A stretch of 59,664 nucleotides of DNA, filler included, from Gonapodya sp. JEL0774 (Eukaryota): the NCBI GenBank assembly GCA_027604505.1. It is 10 parts of 10 records of this genome, joined end to end, with 100 filler letters (N's around TTAATTAATTAA, not from the genome) between each part and the next. Parts side by side here need not be neighbours in the genome. Positions count along the whole stretch, not along the records: positions 30,019 to 35,868 come from JADIIX010000657.1; positions 35,969 to 41,818 come from JADIIX010000658.1; positions 41,919 to 47,768 come from JADIIX010000659.1; 7 more parts are not named here. One strand, written 5' to 3'. Below are positions 35,072 to 47,868 of this stretch, piece by piece; the stretch's first letter is position 1, and each line of letters opens with the position of its first letter. Made by a program: the position numbers and the translations under genes. Under the pieces are notes generated by a model. It worked only from the letters and a program-made list of their open reading frames with translations. It searched no databases and had not been told where the DNA came from.

Positions 35072-35514
35072 AGAGCCGAAGTTCGACCCTTTCAAGTTGC
35101 CAAGGTGGGTTGATTGTGGCCAGTGAGTGTCTCCCATGAGTACAGGTGCCACCCAGCCGCTCCCCTCACTTGTTTCTACAACAATCATATTATAGGACAG
35201 ATGTGCTAGGAGAGGAAGCTCCTGTCGCTAACAATCTGTAAGCAACTTTTAGACGGGTGTTCTGTCCCGATGACTGAACGCCGATGGATCCCAGTCCCAG
35301 CATTATCTGTATGGACGTTCATGCTAGTTTCAAGGAGAATGAACGCACATGCATTCATAGAATTATGAGCAGGCTGCCTATCCCTTCATTGTTAGGTGGG
35401 CAGGACAGGACAAATTTCTCTTCAGAAAAGCCCATTGATACAAGAATAATTATAAAACGAATTGCACAGCATCCAACCCAACGTCTAGCGCAGCTCCCCG
35501 TCTGGAAACTTTCA

Positions 35515-35868
35515 TCAGTTCGCTTGTCCTATTCCAAGGAACAACCCTTCGTACACTTCGCCGACCGCTTTCTTCCACCACAATGCACCCTCGTAACCGC
35601 CCGCCGTCGCAGCTGCCGCATCAGCCGGTGAATATCCAGGTACCACCCCCACCCTCTGAACACTTGAATCGTCATACCACGCGCCGCCTCCTGGGATTCG
35701 CTCACGGAGGGGTGGTGCCGGGAGACTGGCTGATCCTTCAAGGTACACATTTTCTCGCTCGTAGACAGAATCAAACGGATCATCAGCCCAGCTCAAGTCC
35801 GGGACGTCTCCAGCGTTTGTGGTCCCCGAGGCGGATTGGCCTGTGAACTCGTCCAGTTCTCTTTGAGC
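35515..35868 (-). CDS. 3' end of a hypothetical protein
   Basis: Open frame from the contig end to ...WWKKAVGEVYEGLFLGIGQAN*. Confidence 0.4.
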   Translation of the reverse strand, partial: AQRELDEFTGQSASGTTNAGDVPDLSWADDPFDSVYERENVYLEGSASLPAPPLRERIPGGGAWYDDSSVQRVGVVPGYSPADAAAATAGGYEGALWWKKAVGEVYEGLFLGIGQAN

Positions 35869-35968
35869 NNNNNNNNNNNNNNNNNNNNNNNNNNNNNNNN
35901 NNNNNNNNNNNNTTAATTAATTAANNNNNNNNNNNNNNNNNNNNNNNNNNNNNNNNNNNNNNNNNNNN
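35869..35968. other. Artificial contig spacer
   Basis: N44-TTAATTAATTAA-N44. Confidence 0.99.
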
Positions 35969-35977
35969 TGCATACAG

Positions 35978-37983
35978 GATTCTGATGACGACCACAATAT
36001 TATCCATATGGGCGAATCTTTCCATTTCCGTGGACACTTGTGCATTTCCACTGAGCTACTTGGGATCAACTTGTACGAATGGCTTAAGGCTGGTTCGTTC
36101 AAGGGAGTCCAGTTGCATGTCATCCGGAAGTGAGTAGTGGAGCCATTAATATAACTTCAATGCCGATTATTGATTCTGAGTTGTTGGTGAAGATTCTGTA
36201 CCCAAGTTCTTCAGTGCCTCCTCCTTCTCCAGCGCATGCGGATCGTACATTGCGATCTGAAACCCGAAAATATTCTTCTGCGCGACATAACTAATGTTGC
36301 TCCCTCTCCCAACGACTCCAACCACCACTCCAGTCGCGGCCCGCCACCACCGCCAACTGACATCTCGCGGTCATCTTCTCCCAACGATCCCCCCCTGCAC
36401 AATGGAGCTGGAAGCTGGTATGGAGTGAAGGTGATCGATTTCGGATCCAGCTGCTTCGAGCACGAGAAGGTGTACACCTACGTACAGAGTAGATTTTACA
36501 GGAGTCCTGAGGTTATTTTGGGGATCAACTATAGCATGGCGATTGATATGTGGAGTTTGGGCTGCATTTTGGCTGAGCTTTTCACGGGTAAGTGGCACCG
36601 CTATAGAATACAAGAGCGCAGGTCTCCAAGTACGGTTATACGATTTAGGCTACCCCCTCTTCCCCGGCGAGAACGAACAAGAACAGCTGGCGTGCATCAT
36701 GGAGGTGAAGGGTGTTCCAGAAAAGGAATTCATCGATCGAGGGACAAGGAAGAAGCTATTCTTTGGTGGGTTCAATGCTACAACTCACCCGATCCCTTTT
36801 TCTACCTGAATTGATAATGGTTTCGGATTCAACTAGACTCGTCGTCGCAGCCTCGGCTCTATCCCAATTCCAAAGGGAAGAAGCGGCGCCCGTCCACGAA
36901 AACTCTTCCCTCAGTGCTTCGATGTACAGACCAAGCCTTCCTAGATTTTATCGACAGATGTCTCCACTGGGATCCGCATCGACGCATGACTCCTAGCCAA
37001 GCTCTTGAACACCCATGGATCCTTGGCCCCCAGCGATCAATCCCCAGGTCGTTGCGAGACAAGTCCGTGGATCGCAGCGCTACAAGTAGAGTAAGACAAC
37101 CAAGTCTTTCCAGGAGACCGTCCGAAAAGAAGAGGGATGAGTACGGGCGGTTAGTAGATCAAGCGGATATGTATGCGTCTGTTGGGCCGGGGCCAGATGT
37201 GTCCAGTCGCGCGGTTGCAGTACCCGGGGGAGGAATGGTATCCGCATACGATTACGATTACAGCAAATCGGTGAGCTTTTCGCGAAGAGATATTTGCAAG
37301 AGCTTCAGATGACATTCGTGGTGCTTTTGCAGATTCGAAAGAGCCAAACCCAAAGTACAATGGCGTCATCTGCATATCTCTCTACCTCCTACCCGAACAT
37401 TGCTGCCCTTGGGAGCGTTAGCCTCTCAACATCTCGAAATCCGCAATCCTCTTCCACTTCTTCTTCTACCCCGAGGCAGCTTCCTCCCATTCACGCTTCG
37501 ATGCAACGGCATAACACTGTGACCAGCCAACCGATTACCTCTCCTTCGAAAGGAACCGGCTACCAATCCCTCTATCCGAGTACCACATCAACCATGTCGG
37601 GCTACAGTATTGTACCTGATATCCCCAGCCATGGCTCGAGTTCAAGCGCGTACGCTCCCCCAGTTGGCATTCGATCGAACCCGTATCTGACATCGGGAAC
37701 AAGTTCTCTGAACCTCGGTCTGGTTGGATCAAGCGTGAGGAACTCGACGTCCTCTAGGTCAATGGTGTTAGGTGCGCCCACAGCTTCTCCCTCGAGTTCG
37801 TCACGCAAGATGTCCACAGATAGCTCAAACCCATATTCTAATGGGAACGGTGCTACACCTGGGACGCCGAGTAGACGATCAGGGGGAACGGACAATAGTT
37901 TTTCGCAGACTCGCGCTGCAGCCGGCGGTTACAGCGTCCGAAGAGGCGACTCGGATTCTCTAGGTTACAGTGGACGTCGATAG
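35978..37983 (+). CDS. DYRK2: Class 2 DYRK kinase (DYRK2/Pom1-like), 5' truncated
   Basis: [70 protein letters not shown]; Ser-rich tail. Confidence 0.9.
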
Positions 37984-38443
37984 CTCTGAAAACTGGACAA
38001 ATGTGAACTCTACCGAAATCGCCTGTCCTTCAATAGATTCATAAGGATGTGAGATGCGGAAGTTGTGTGATATGGAATCCTCCATGCAATTGTGCAGACT
38101 TGATTTTGATCTTTTCAATTCGGAATAAGGGTGTGATAGATATATCCTGAGGGTTGTCTGTATTAATTTAAAGATGGTTATTCGTCAATCGAAAACGTCC
38201 TGTCAATTCTGATGTCGGGATGAACTGAGTGAGACTGAATCGCAGGTAGTGATGTTCACTACACTCTTGGGGAGACCCGCCTGGAGCGAAGTCACATATT
38301 GTTCAGTACATATGCATTTGTCATAACTACAGCACCTCGGCACTTGCATAAATGAAAGAGGGACGAGCTTATTATAATGTAACATAACCTCAAGTAAGAT
38401 TCTATATCTTTCTCCCGAAGTCCTCTCGCTTCATCAGGCAGCG

Positions 38444-41400
38444 TCACGCCCATACAAACGACCCTTGCAGCGGGATAGTAGTAGAACCTCCAGACATCTG
38501 CACCCAAACAGTTACAGGATCGTTTCCAACTTGTTCCGTTGTCCACGCACCCGTCCCGGCGCTGACACCGGGGGGAAGCGTGACTCCGACCTTACAAGAT
38601 CCCGAAGTGGATACAGTTACGGATGAAAGGAAACCACTTGCGACATTGAAGGTGGTGGAGATTCCGCATACCTCACGAGCTTCACGTTCACTGCAGTGAT
38701 TGTGGAAGCATGGTTAGAAGCCGGTCTGAAGCGAGTGACAAGAAGCGCACGGATACACACCGGTAAAGCTGCGCAAGATCATCCATTTTGTAGCTAATTA
38801 CAAATTGTAAGACGATGTTTTGCAGAACGTGAATGGATACAACGAGAGACTCACCCCCAAATAGGCCACTGCACCGTCGCGAGATACTTCGCCACGATGT
38901 ACTCTACCCACTGCTGGAGGATGCCGAGCTTACCGGTCTTCCCACCCACCGTAACGGTTGGCTGATCGGAATTGCGAAGGTTCGCTTGATGGAACATGTG
39001 TGGGTCATGCCTCAGGGAAATCAACATGGGAACAACTCTTTGAGCTTCTCGCTCAATGATTTGAGCCCAGGTGGACGTCCCCAACTGAGCAGAATAGATG
39101 GAGTTGTAGATCTGAACATTTTGTGCAACTGTATCCGAGGTGTAGTAGACTTCAGCCGGCTGCCGGGGAATCACGTGAAAACCATTATAGTTGGAGGTAT
39201 CAATGGTTGAAATCCACTCGAGGTACTTGTTTGAAGGGACAAGGTTTGCACGGGAGTTGTCGCCAACGGCAGATGTGATGCCGAGGCTTGTGAGGGTTGA
39301 GAGTGCGTCGCCATTGAACAAGCCTGCGGGGTACGCAAGATTTAGCTCCAGAATGTGTTCAGATGACCAGTACGTAGCTGCAGAACTAACCAGAGATCGC
39401 AGGTGTTACGATAGATGCGCTCGACCACCATGACTTTCCAACAAGCCCCAACCGAGTCGCCATTTTGACGTTCGTCTGGATTTCGTTTGTAACATCGTAG
39501 ATTGTAGCCTCGCTGTAAACTCAATCGAGTCAGAACCCGAGACGACGATTGATCCGCCGAACGATCGACACTCACTTCAAATCCTCGTGCGTAAAAGTGT
39601 GTGTAAGCCCTGTTGCAGAAAAACGGATGCATTGTTCGTATTTCCTCGTGTCCACATCATGAAAGAGAAACACGACTTACAATTGACCCTATTTTGGTTT
39701 GCTTCCGAGGAAGTGAAAAATGTGAAAAGTGGATCTAAAAGCGAAAATCAGGAAGCGAAGGTCAGTAAGAAGTGCGGAATCGAGCAGGACGACCTAACTC
39801 GGACAAGCTCGAAGTCGAAACCATCAACAGAGTAAGCTTACCGCTTGACAGACTCGTCCACGTGGTAGTGAAGCTTGACGGCCACCTGTTGGTTCCAGTT
39901 CCAAGAGGTTTTTTGTAGTCGAGGGATACGTGGTTTTCTGAGTACATGAAAACATGAATAAATGGATGGAATGGTGGCACTGAGGTTACTTTGCTCACCA
40001 GTGTCCACGTCAATGAGCTCTGAAGAGCCTGCTTTCTCCAAGATTCCGTTTCCGTTGAACGCAAACTTCGATCACAAGGGAAAGAACTTCGTTGAACACC
40101 GATATCACTCCGCGGAGAAAAGAACTGCTTTACCTCAAGCTTGAACGAAGAACCTAATATTAGGGAGAAACAAAACAGATCATTGAACTACTCAAATACG
40201 CCTTTAATCACATCAAGACATCGTCAGCGTACCTGCCGGAAGTCTGCTGTTGAGATCATCTTGCCAATCGTAGATCGCTGTGATGTCTTCTGGGCGAGCA
40301 CGGAAAGTAATCGAAGAGTCGAAGTAGTTCTCAGTTGCCAAACTATCTCGAATATTTTGAGGGGTTCGGGGTCAAACATGGTGACATGGTCTGTTCGCAA
40401 TGACAAAATGCGACTCACAAAACGTCATCAACCTGTGGTTGGAAAATAACCTTCCGGTTTCCTTGGAAAACTCCCTTGGTGCCCCATTGAATCCAGATGT
40501 GGTTGACCAAGAGAGAGGTGGCAGACCTTCAAAGATAAAAGAACTTTAACGTATAATCGTGATCGCCAAGCTCGTATCTCCGAGAGGCTAACCAATCTCC
40601 GAAATCCATGTAAAACGACATGACTTGACGTCCGTTGGAAAATTGGGTAACCACACCACCAACGTCACCTCCAAAGTAGAGAACGGGAGATGTCGTTCCC
40701 GAGTTTGTGATCGATGCGGGGAAGTGGTACAAGCTGATCACACCAAAAGAGTGCAGCATTTAACACGATCGTAATGCAGAATATTTCCATGAGCTCTCTA
40801 ATATTTACCCATTCGTGTCCGCCATTGCAGCGGGAACGATCCCTGCGAGTCCAGCAAATGCGGAGTTGAATGTCACCGCTTCTGTGTTGGAATTCGCACC
40901 CCGAGAAGATACAGTGCCATCAGTGGCGGAAGGAGAAGTTCCAAGGACCACGCGGCGGACTTTATAGGTGGATTCGTAGGTTTCGATCTGTAGTGAGGCC
41001 GTGTTGGGATACACCGCGTTCAAAACACCATACCACCGTGCAGGTTTACACTGCTGCACAATCACTTACGGTTGACAGCTGGCTTGCGGAAATAGACGAG
41101 ATGGCAGCCGATGTGGTGAAAAGAATCAAGGTGTACTTGGGCCTCCCGGACCCATCATAAAGGCTGGAAGGAGCGCCCACAACAACGTCGTACGGAATAC
41201 CATACGATCGGAGCCCGAGAACAGCCGCAGCTACATCAGTGTGGGAGAGTGAGTGTGCTATTTAAAATTTCGTTGCAGAATGCAACACTGTACCTTCGTA
41301 TGATCCGCCCGAAATTGTGAGAACCAGCACTCGGTGACCGATATTGAAAGAGCCCACCGAAGGAGTCATTGTAGTGGAAGATGTCCTCGGGGATGTTGAC

Positions 41401-41818
41401 GTTTTCGAGGTTGTCTTTGTGGTAGATGAAGTGGTCGAAGTCTTTCCAGTTGTTGTGGCGGTCCTAGAGGTCGTGGATGTGGTCGAAGAAGTCTTTTGAG
41501 TCGTCTGAGATGAAGTAGAGGAGGTCTGAGAGGCGCTTGAGGTGCTCTTCGTGAGGGAGGTTGTGAACGGTGTGCTCGTTGACGAGCTCTGGATTAAAGT
41601 CGTCGTCTGTGCGGTTGTCACACTGGACGAAAGAGGACTGCAAGGGTAAATAATGCAGGTTCCTGCATCGGCAGATGGGGGATTGTTGTGTACTCACACA
41701 GCTGTCGACGTGGACGCCACGGGGTTTGTGGTGGATGTCCCACGTGTAGTGGTCACGGCATTGATGGTAGACGTGACAGCGCCAAGTGTAGTGGTAACGG
41801 CATTCTGAGTTGTTGTTC
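38444..41818 (-). CDS. agd3: Agd3-like (CE18) polysaccharide deacetylase with Ser/Thr-rich N-terminal linker, 5' truncated
   Basis: NHIWIQW, AFNGNG, YKKPLGTG, THTFTHED, NGDAL...AVGDNSR, LRHDPHMFHQANLR, and C-terminal EQVGNDPVTVWV. Confidence 0.82.
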
Positions 41819-41918
41819 NNNNNNNNNNNNNNNNNNNNNNNNNNNNNNNNNNNNNNNNNNNNTTAATTAATTAANNNNNNNNNNNNNNNNNNNNNNNNNN
41901 NNNNNNNNNNNNNNNNNN
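41819..41918. other. Artificial contig spacer
   Basis: N44-TTAATTAATTAA-N44. Confidence 0.99.
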
Positions 41919-41969
41919 ATTGAGACTTTGAACGGGGAAGTCAGGAACAGTTCTGTAACATCGGTGCTC

Positions 41970-44750
41970 ACCCGTCCATCCCCAAGAATTTGCGACAATT
42001 GCGGCCGGGGACTTTGTCAGACGATTCGAAATCACGGCATTGTCGATGAACTCGGAGACTTGCAACAATCAGGCACAGAGCATGTCAGTTTGAACATCAG
42101 GCAGACACGTCTGGTATCTCAACTCACGAGTAGATTTGAAAAACTCGATGAGAGGTTTGAACTTCTCCTCCGCGTCCTTCAACCTGTTCTCTTCGTCTTC
42201 TGATTCGTCGCCGAATTTCAGACCTGCCTTTGCCACATTCTGGAATGGTTTTCCCTCATATTCGAAAATATTCTGGAACAGATATTCGTCGATTGGATCT
42301 GACGACACAACGGGAAAACATGATAAGACGTCGCGATATGAATGAAACTCAAATCAATCCTTACCATCGCAAAGCAGGACTTCGTAGCCCCGGGCCACAA
42401 CCTTCTCAACAAATGGGCTTTTTTTCATCTCTGAGACGTTGTCTCCCGACATAAGGTAGATCTGAGCCTGTTTGCTTTTCATCCGCTCCACATAAGAGTC
42501 AAGGCTTATAGTAAGACGTCATCAAATGACGAGCGTACATAATCAAATGACGCCAAGAGTAAAGCAGATCACGCCACTACGTACCTCGTAAAGTCCTTAG
42601 ATGTGGATGCGAAGCGTAGGAGCTTCATAAGTTTCTTCGCAAAGGAGCGATCTTCAATGACTCCGACCTTTTCCCCGAAGTGTGGTGAAATGGGTACGTC
42701 TGCACGCAGATGAAAAATCACCTTTGATTATTCATACCTTAAGGTGAGTACCATATTCCTTCAAAAATGATTTGTACTTCTTTTCATCGGAAGAGATGCT
42801 TTTAAACTGGAAGAGACACGTCGCCGGGTTTATGTCCGTCCTCGTGCTCAGCTGTATCAGAAATAACAACCAACCATCTCAAGTGCTTTTGAAATAATCT
42901 TGTTCTTGATGAACTTGAGAATGTCCGAGTTCTGCAGCGTTTCACGCGACACATTAAGGGGGAAGTCGTCCGAGTCCACAAGTCCTTTGAGGAACGTCAG
43001 CCAGCGTGGGAGGAAGCCGGGAAGTTCATCGGTAATAAACACGCGTCGGACATATAGTTTAATGTTCCAAACAGAGTCAATCGCATTCATGGAGTTGCCA
43101 GCCTTCGCTGGTGCGTAGAGAAGAGATCTGAACTCGTGTTCGCCTTCAGCCTTGAAGTGAATCCAGGCTGCAGGATCCTGATAATCAATTGCATCGAGTT
43201 AGATGCAAGAGAAGGTCGATTTCGCCGAGTCACTATGCTCACTTGGCTATCTTTCGTGAATGCTTTGTAAAAGTCTTTGTACTCCTCTTCTTTGATATCC
43301 TTGCGCTTACGAACCCAAACTGAATCAAAATTTGTCAGAGAGTCAAAGTTGTATGAAAGAAGTGGTTTGGCCAACATGCTTACGTGGTTTGTTCTCATTC
43401 ATGAGCTCAAACCCTTCAACCTCTTTCGTTATTGTTTCGGTCTTGGGTGGCTCGTCTTCCACGACATCCTCAACATCTAGGTCGTCTTCGGCGCTTTCCT
43501 TCTTTTCATCTGTAGTGCCCGCCTCAGCCTTCGGAATCTCCTCTGTGACGGTCCCTGCCAATTAGCGATACGAACAGGTCAATGCCAAAGTGTTTTGGCG
43601 AGTACGAATCATAATCGCACTAACTGTGAGTCCACAAATAGATTGGGAAGTTAATGAATTGTGAATACTTGTGGACGAGAGCGCTGAGCTTGTTCTCGTC
43701 CAAGAACTCGACGGCGTTCTCCTTGAGATACAATGTGATCTCAGTGCCCCGTCCGAGAGTGTCGCCACGAGGATCTTCGATTACTGTAAAAGAATTCTCT
43801 GCCGCCGATTCCCAAATGTGCTGTTTGTCGGCGTTGTTCTTCGAAACGACCTTGGAGCAATGCAGGAGTCCATGGGGGAAGTGAAGACGGTCAAAGTTCG
43901 AAAGTTCTACAGAGCCCCACATACCGTGACTGTGTCAGCAACCAAATAAATGGAATAAAATCCGACACCGAACTGCCCAATGAGGTTCATGTCCGCGGTG
44001 TTATTCTCTAACGCCCGAATAAAGTCCGAGGTGCCGGACTTCGCGATGGTCCCCAAGTTCTTGATGAGATCGGATTTTGTCATACCAATCCCGGAGTCCC
44101 GGATAGTGAGTGTGTTCGCTTCTTTGTTGGCGCGAATGGTGATGTTGAGGTATTCGTTGGATACCAGAGCGTCCTTGTTGGTGAGCGAAACAAATCTTCA
44201 AGCAAAACTAGCGTGAAATGGTGATCACGTGATTGATGAGGGGAGAACATTGTGCCCACCGAATCTTATCGAGGGCTGGAATGCAAAGTTGTTAGACCTT
44301 CTGAGCTGAGAACAGACAGGTACAACAAACTCACCATCAGCAGCGTTACTTATTAATTCCCGCAAAAAAATCTCCTTGCTCTTGTACAAACTTTATTAAT
44401 TCAAGGGAGCGGAAACGGGACAGAGGGTTTTGAATTGAGTGCAAAGTACGTTAGATTGGTTGGACTGGCAGCGGCGAAGCCCAGCGACAGGAAAGATTCG
44501 GAGAGCTCGAAAAACATGCCGCATTTTAAACTCACGAGTTTATGAGAATGTTTAGAACCTTCGACACCTCTGTTTGAAAGTGGTGGGTTTCAGCTCCCTT
44601 ATGAATCTCCGCCAACCTCTCATCTGGAATCCCCTCGAAGTGGTGTTCGTGAGAGACTGCGGAGCCATCTGCGAATGTGGGTGTCGCTAGAAGTACAAGT
44701 GCGGCTCCGCAGAAGAGGAACAGGAGAAACGGTCGTCGTAATAGTTTCAT
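41970..44750 (-). CDS. HSP90B1: ER Hsp90 (GRP94/endoplasmin), multi-exon, 3' truncated
   Basis: Signal peptide [32 protein letters not shown]...[69 protein letters not shown]. Confidence 0.95.
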
Positions 44751-44979
44751 CGCTGACAAGGAAATTGGACGCTGGGGACTGAAAGGTGTGGGCCAATGCC
44801 AGCTAGAGTTGATTCTGTCCTCAAGGAATGGAGATTTGTGAGGGATGCGTGTCGAATTCGAAGAAATCGGCTTTTCTAGCGCCGAAGAGTTTGCGCGATG
44901 AGTTGGCATTTCATTAGATCGAGCGCGAGACAACCTGCGAATTCTACAACAATCCCTGACAATGGGGTATCTTTCTCCA

Positions 44980-47493
44980 TCAATATTTTAACTTCCAAAC
45001 TCTTAATGCTCCGTCTTGCCCCCCAGTTGCTATTGTGTCTTCATCCAAGAAGGTCACTCCGTTGACTGACTCCAAGTGGGCATCTATAAGTGTTACACAT
45101 ATTTGAAGGTTGATCAATGTGCCAATCACCTTTCACAAACTTGCACATTCTAGTTAGAACTCACTTTTGATCGCGATAAACTTCATAGGCTCATCCACGC
45201 TCCATACATGGACGTTCGTATCCAGTGACCCGGTAACACAACGCTTACCGCTTGGGCTCCACGAAAGCGAATTGACTCGAGCAGTGTGGAAAACCCATTC
45301 GTCAAGTTTAAGCTGATACGTGGTCGAGGGTGGCTGGGTGTAAGGTGACCACTCCGAAAGAATCGGCCACGGGGCGGCCAAGACTAAAACTGACCTTTCC
45401 GGTGGGTGCATCAAACACGAGAATCTTCCGTTGTGAGTCCGCCGCTGCCAGCAAGCTCCCATCTGGTGAGTACGCCATTGTGGTCAGCGCCGCCTTGTTC
45501 GCGTCCAACGCCTCCCCGTGCTCTTTCAATGCCCCAGATGCACCATCGAGAGCGTAAAATCTGATCCTACCGTCCTCCCCTCCCACAGCAACCGTCGTGC
45601 CTGAGGGGTGGACGGCAGCCGCGCTTCCCGAGTACGAGATTTCGGTGGAGGAAAGCTTGCGGCCATCTCGGAGGACGGTGATTTCACCGACACCAGCAAT
45701 CACCGCAAGATGTTGCGATGTGGAGATGGATTTTGGTACGGTTTTGGTCGAAACAACGTCCGATCTATGATAACAATTGTACCGTCAGTACTCTCGAAGT
45801 ATCCGTGGGCATACCAGTCTAATCAAACACTTACTCAAATCGATCCTCATCGACAACTCTCAATGTATCATCCATTCCGGCCGTAATAACTTTACCACCC
45901 ACCACGCCCATATCATTGACTTGGTTGGAGTGCCCAGTTCCGACGATCGGTTGAGGCACCCCAGTATCAAGAGACCAACGGAGCACGAGACCGTCGTAAG
46001 AGCCGCTGTAGAGGGTCGTGGGGGAAAGCTTTGTGAGAGCGGTGATGGCTTTTTGGTGACCCTGTAAGTGATATGTTTCACGTCACAAATGAGCACTGGG
46101 CATACCATCTCGAGAATGCAGCACTCATCACGGACCTTGACGACTCTGGTCGGCTTCGAGCTCCCCACTTCGATATAATTAAGGTCTCCGGACAGAGAAA
46201 GCGAAACAATGTATCCAGCCGCAGTCCACACGTTGCCAACCTGCTGGTCCAAGAATGTGGACTTCTCATTGAATGTCACGGTCCTGTAGTTCGGCCCAAC
46301 CAAAAGATTGAGATAAAATGAGGCACCACCAATTCAGTGGTTGGCTGAGACATCTACTTACTGAACCACTTTTCCTGCGGCAATGTCCCAGATTTTGGCC
46401 GTACAGTCAGCCGATGATGTCACAACGTGCTTGCTATCGGGCGACCAAGATACCGCAAGGATGGATCCCTTATGTGATTCAGGGTCGCTATTAAGATCAC
46501 CGAGCTTTTCCGCTGTGTCGCCCTTATAAAGGTAGATCTAAAGAGGTGATGAAACACCAGGTCGAGGTTGATGACAACTCTGATACTAGTGCCCGCAGCA
46601 GCGTACCTTTCCGTCAGCCCCAACAGTCACAAAATGAGCGCCATCAGGCGAAAATTTGGCAGCGTGGACAAATCGAGTGTGATCTTTCAGAGTCGACGCG
46701 AGCTTGAATGGAACACTAATGATTTTATAAGTATCGTAGGTGGGTGTCGCAACGTTCATAAGTCAAGGTGCCGCTCACCCGTTGAAGAAGTTTACAGTTC
46801 CATCTTCCGACGCAGTCACGGCCTTGAAAGGCCTGACTGGCCTGATGGAGACTCCGTTGATAGCCTTAGAGTGCCCACCGATTTCGCCCACGGAAGATCC
46901 CGAGTCGTACAGGAATGCATGACCGAATCTGACAGAAGATTCCCGATTCTTGAATCTTGATGTGCTGAAATATTATCTAATGACCCTCACTTGTCGCGGC
47001 CCTCTCCAACCGCTATTATCCTTTTGCTCTCCGAGTCCCACGCGAGGTCATTGATCTTTCCAGAGATTGGACGAATCTCGAGCTTCGAGATGTGCTCGTC
47101 GTTGATGGTATCCCAGATACGAACGTTGCCGTTGACATCTGTGAGGCGGCATAGTTGAGGACACGTATATCTAGTTACGTGGCATCTTCTTCGCAACGGT
47201 GACTACATACCGGCAGACGCAACGTAGAATCCGCTGGGAGAGAAACGCGCGACTGTAGCAGCAGCTGGATGACCAGTGTACTCCCATGCTTGCTCGGGAT
47301 TCTTCGAGAATTCGAGGACGAATCATTGTGCATGTTAAATTAATGAGAAAATGGCAACTGAATGTGATTCACGCCATCGCACCTTTAGATTCCGTACGAA
47401 GACACTGCGCCCGTTGGTATAAACAATGTTCTCGCCCTTGGGATCAGAGCTCAATTGGGTGTATTGGCCTCTGTTGATCCGCGTGCGGTCCAT
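44980..47493 (-). CDS. AIP1: Actin-interacting protein 1 (WDR1), WD40 repeats, multi-exon
   Basis: [87 protein letters not shown]. Confidence 0.93.
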
Positions 47494-47768
47494 TTCGATT
47501 GTCAGGTGAACCGGTCGGTATGGTACTTCAAATTGAACTCGGCGCACTCTTCAACAAATGAAGTCTCACCGAGTAGTGCTTGGGGCTGGAGCGAAGTTGT
47601 AAGCTGTCCATTGACCCGACAAACCGCGGAGTTTCCCGCAAATCACATAGCCCAGCCGAAATCACACGTGAGAGATTCAAATTCAATCAATCCGTCTTCA
47701 AAAGCGCGAGCGGCGGTGATTACCTCGCGTTGATGACATCAGACAGGATGAATGGTAAAGTGGATTGG

Positions 47769-47868
47769 NNNNNNNNNNNNNNNNNNNNNNNNNNNNNNNN
47801 NNNNNNNNNNNNTTAATTAATTAANNNNNNNNNNNNNNNNNNNNNNNNNNNNNNNNNNNNNNNNNNNN
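47769..47868. other. Artificial contig spacer
   Basis: N44-TTAATTAATTAA-N44. Confidence 0.99.
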
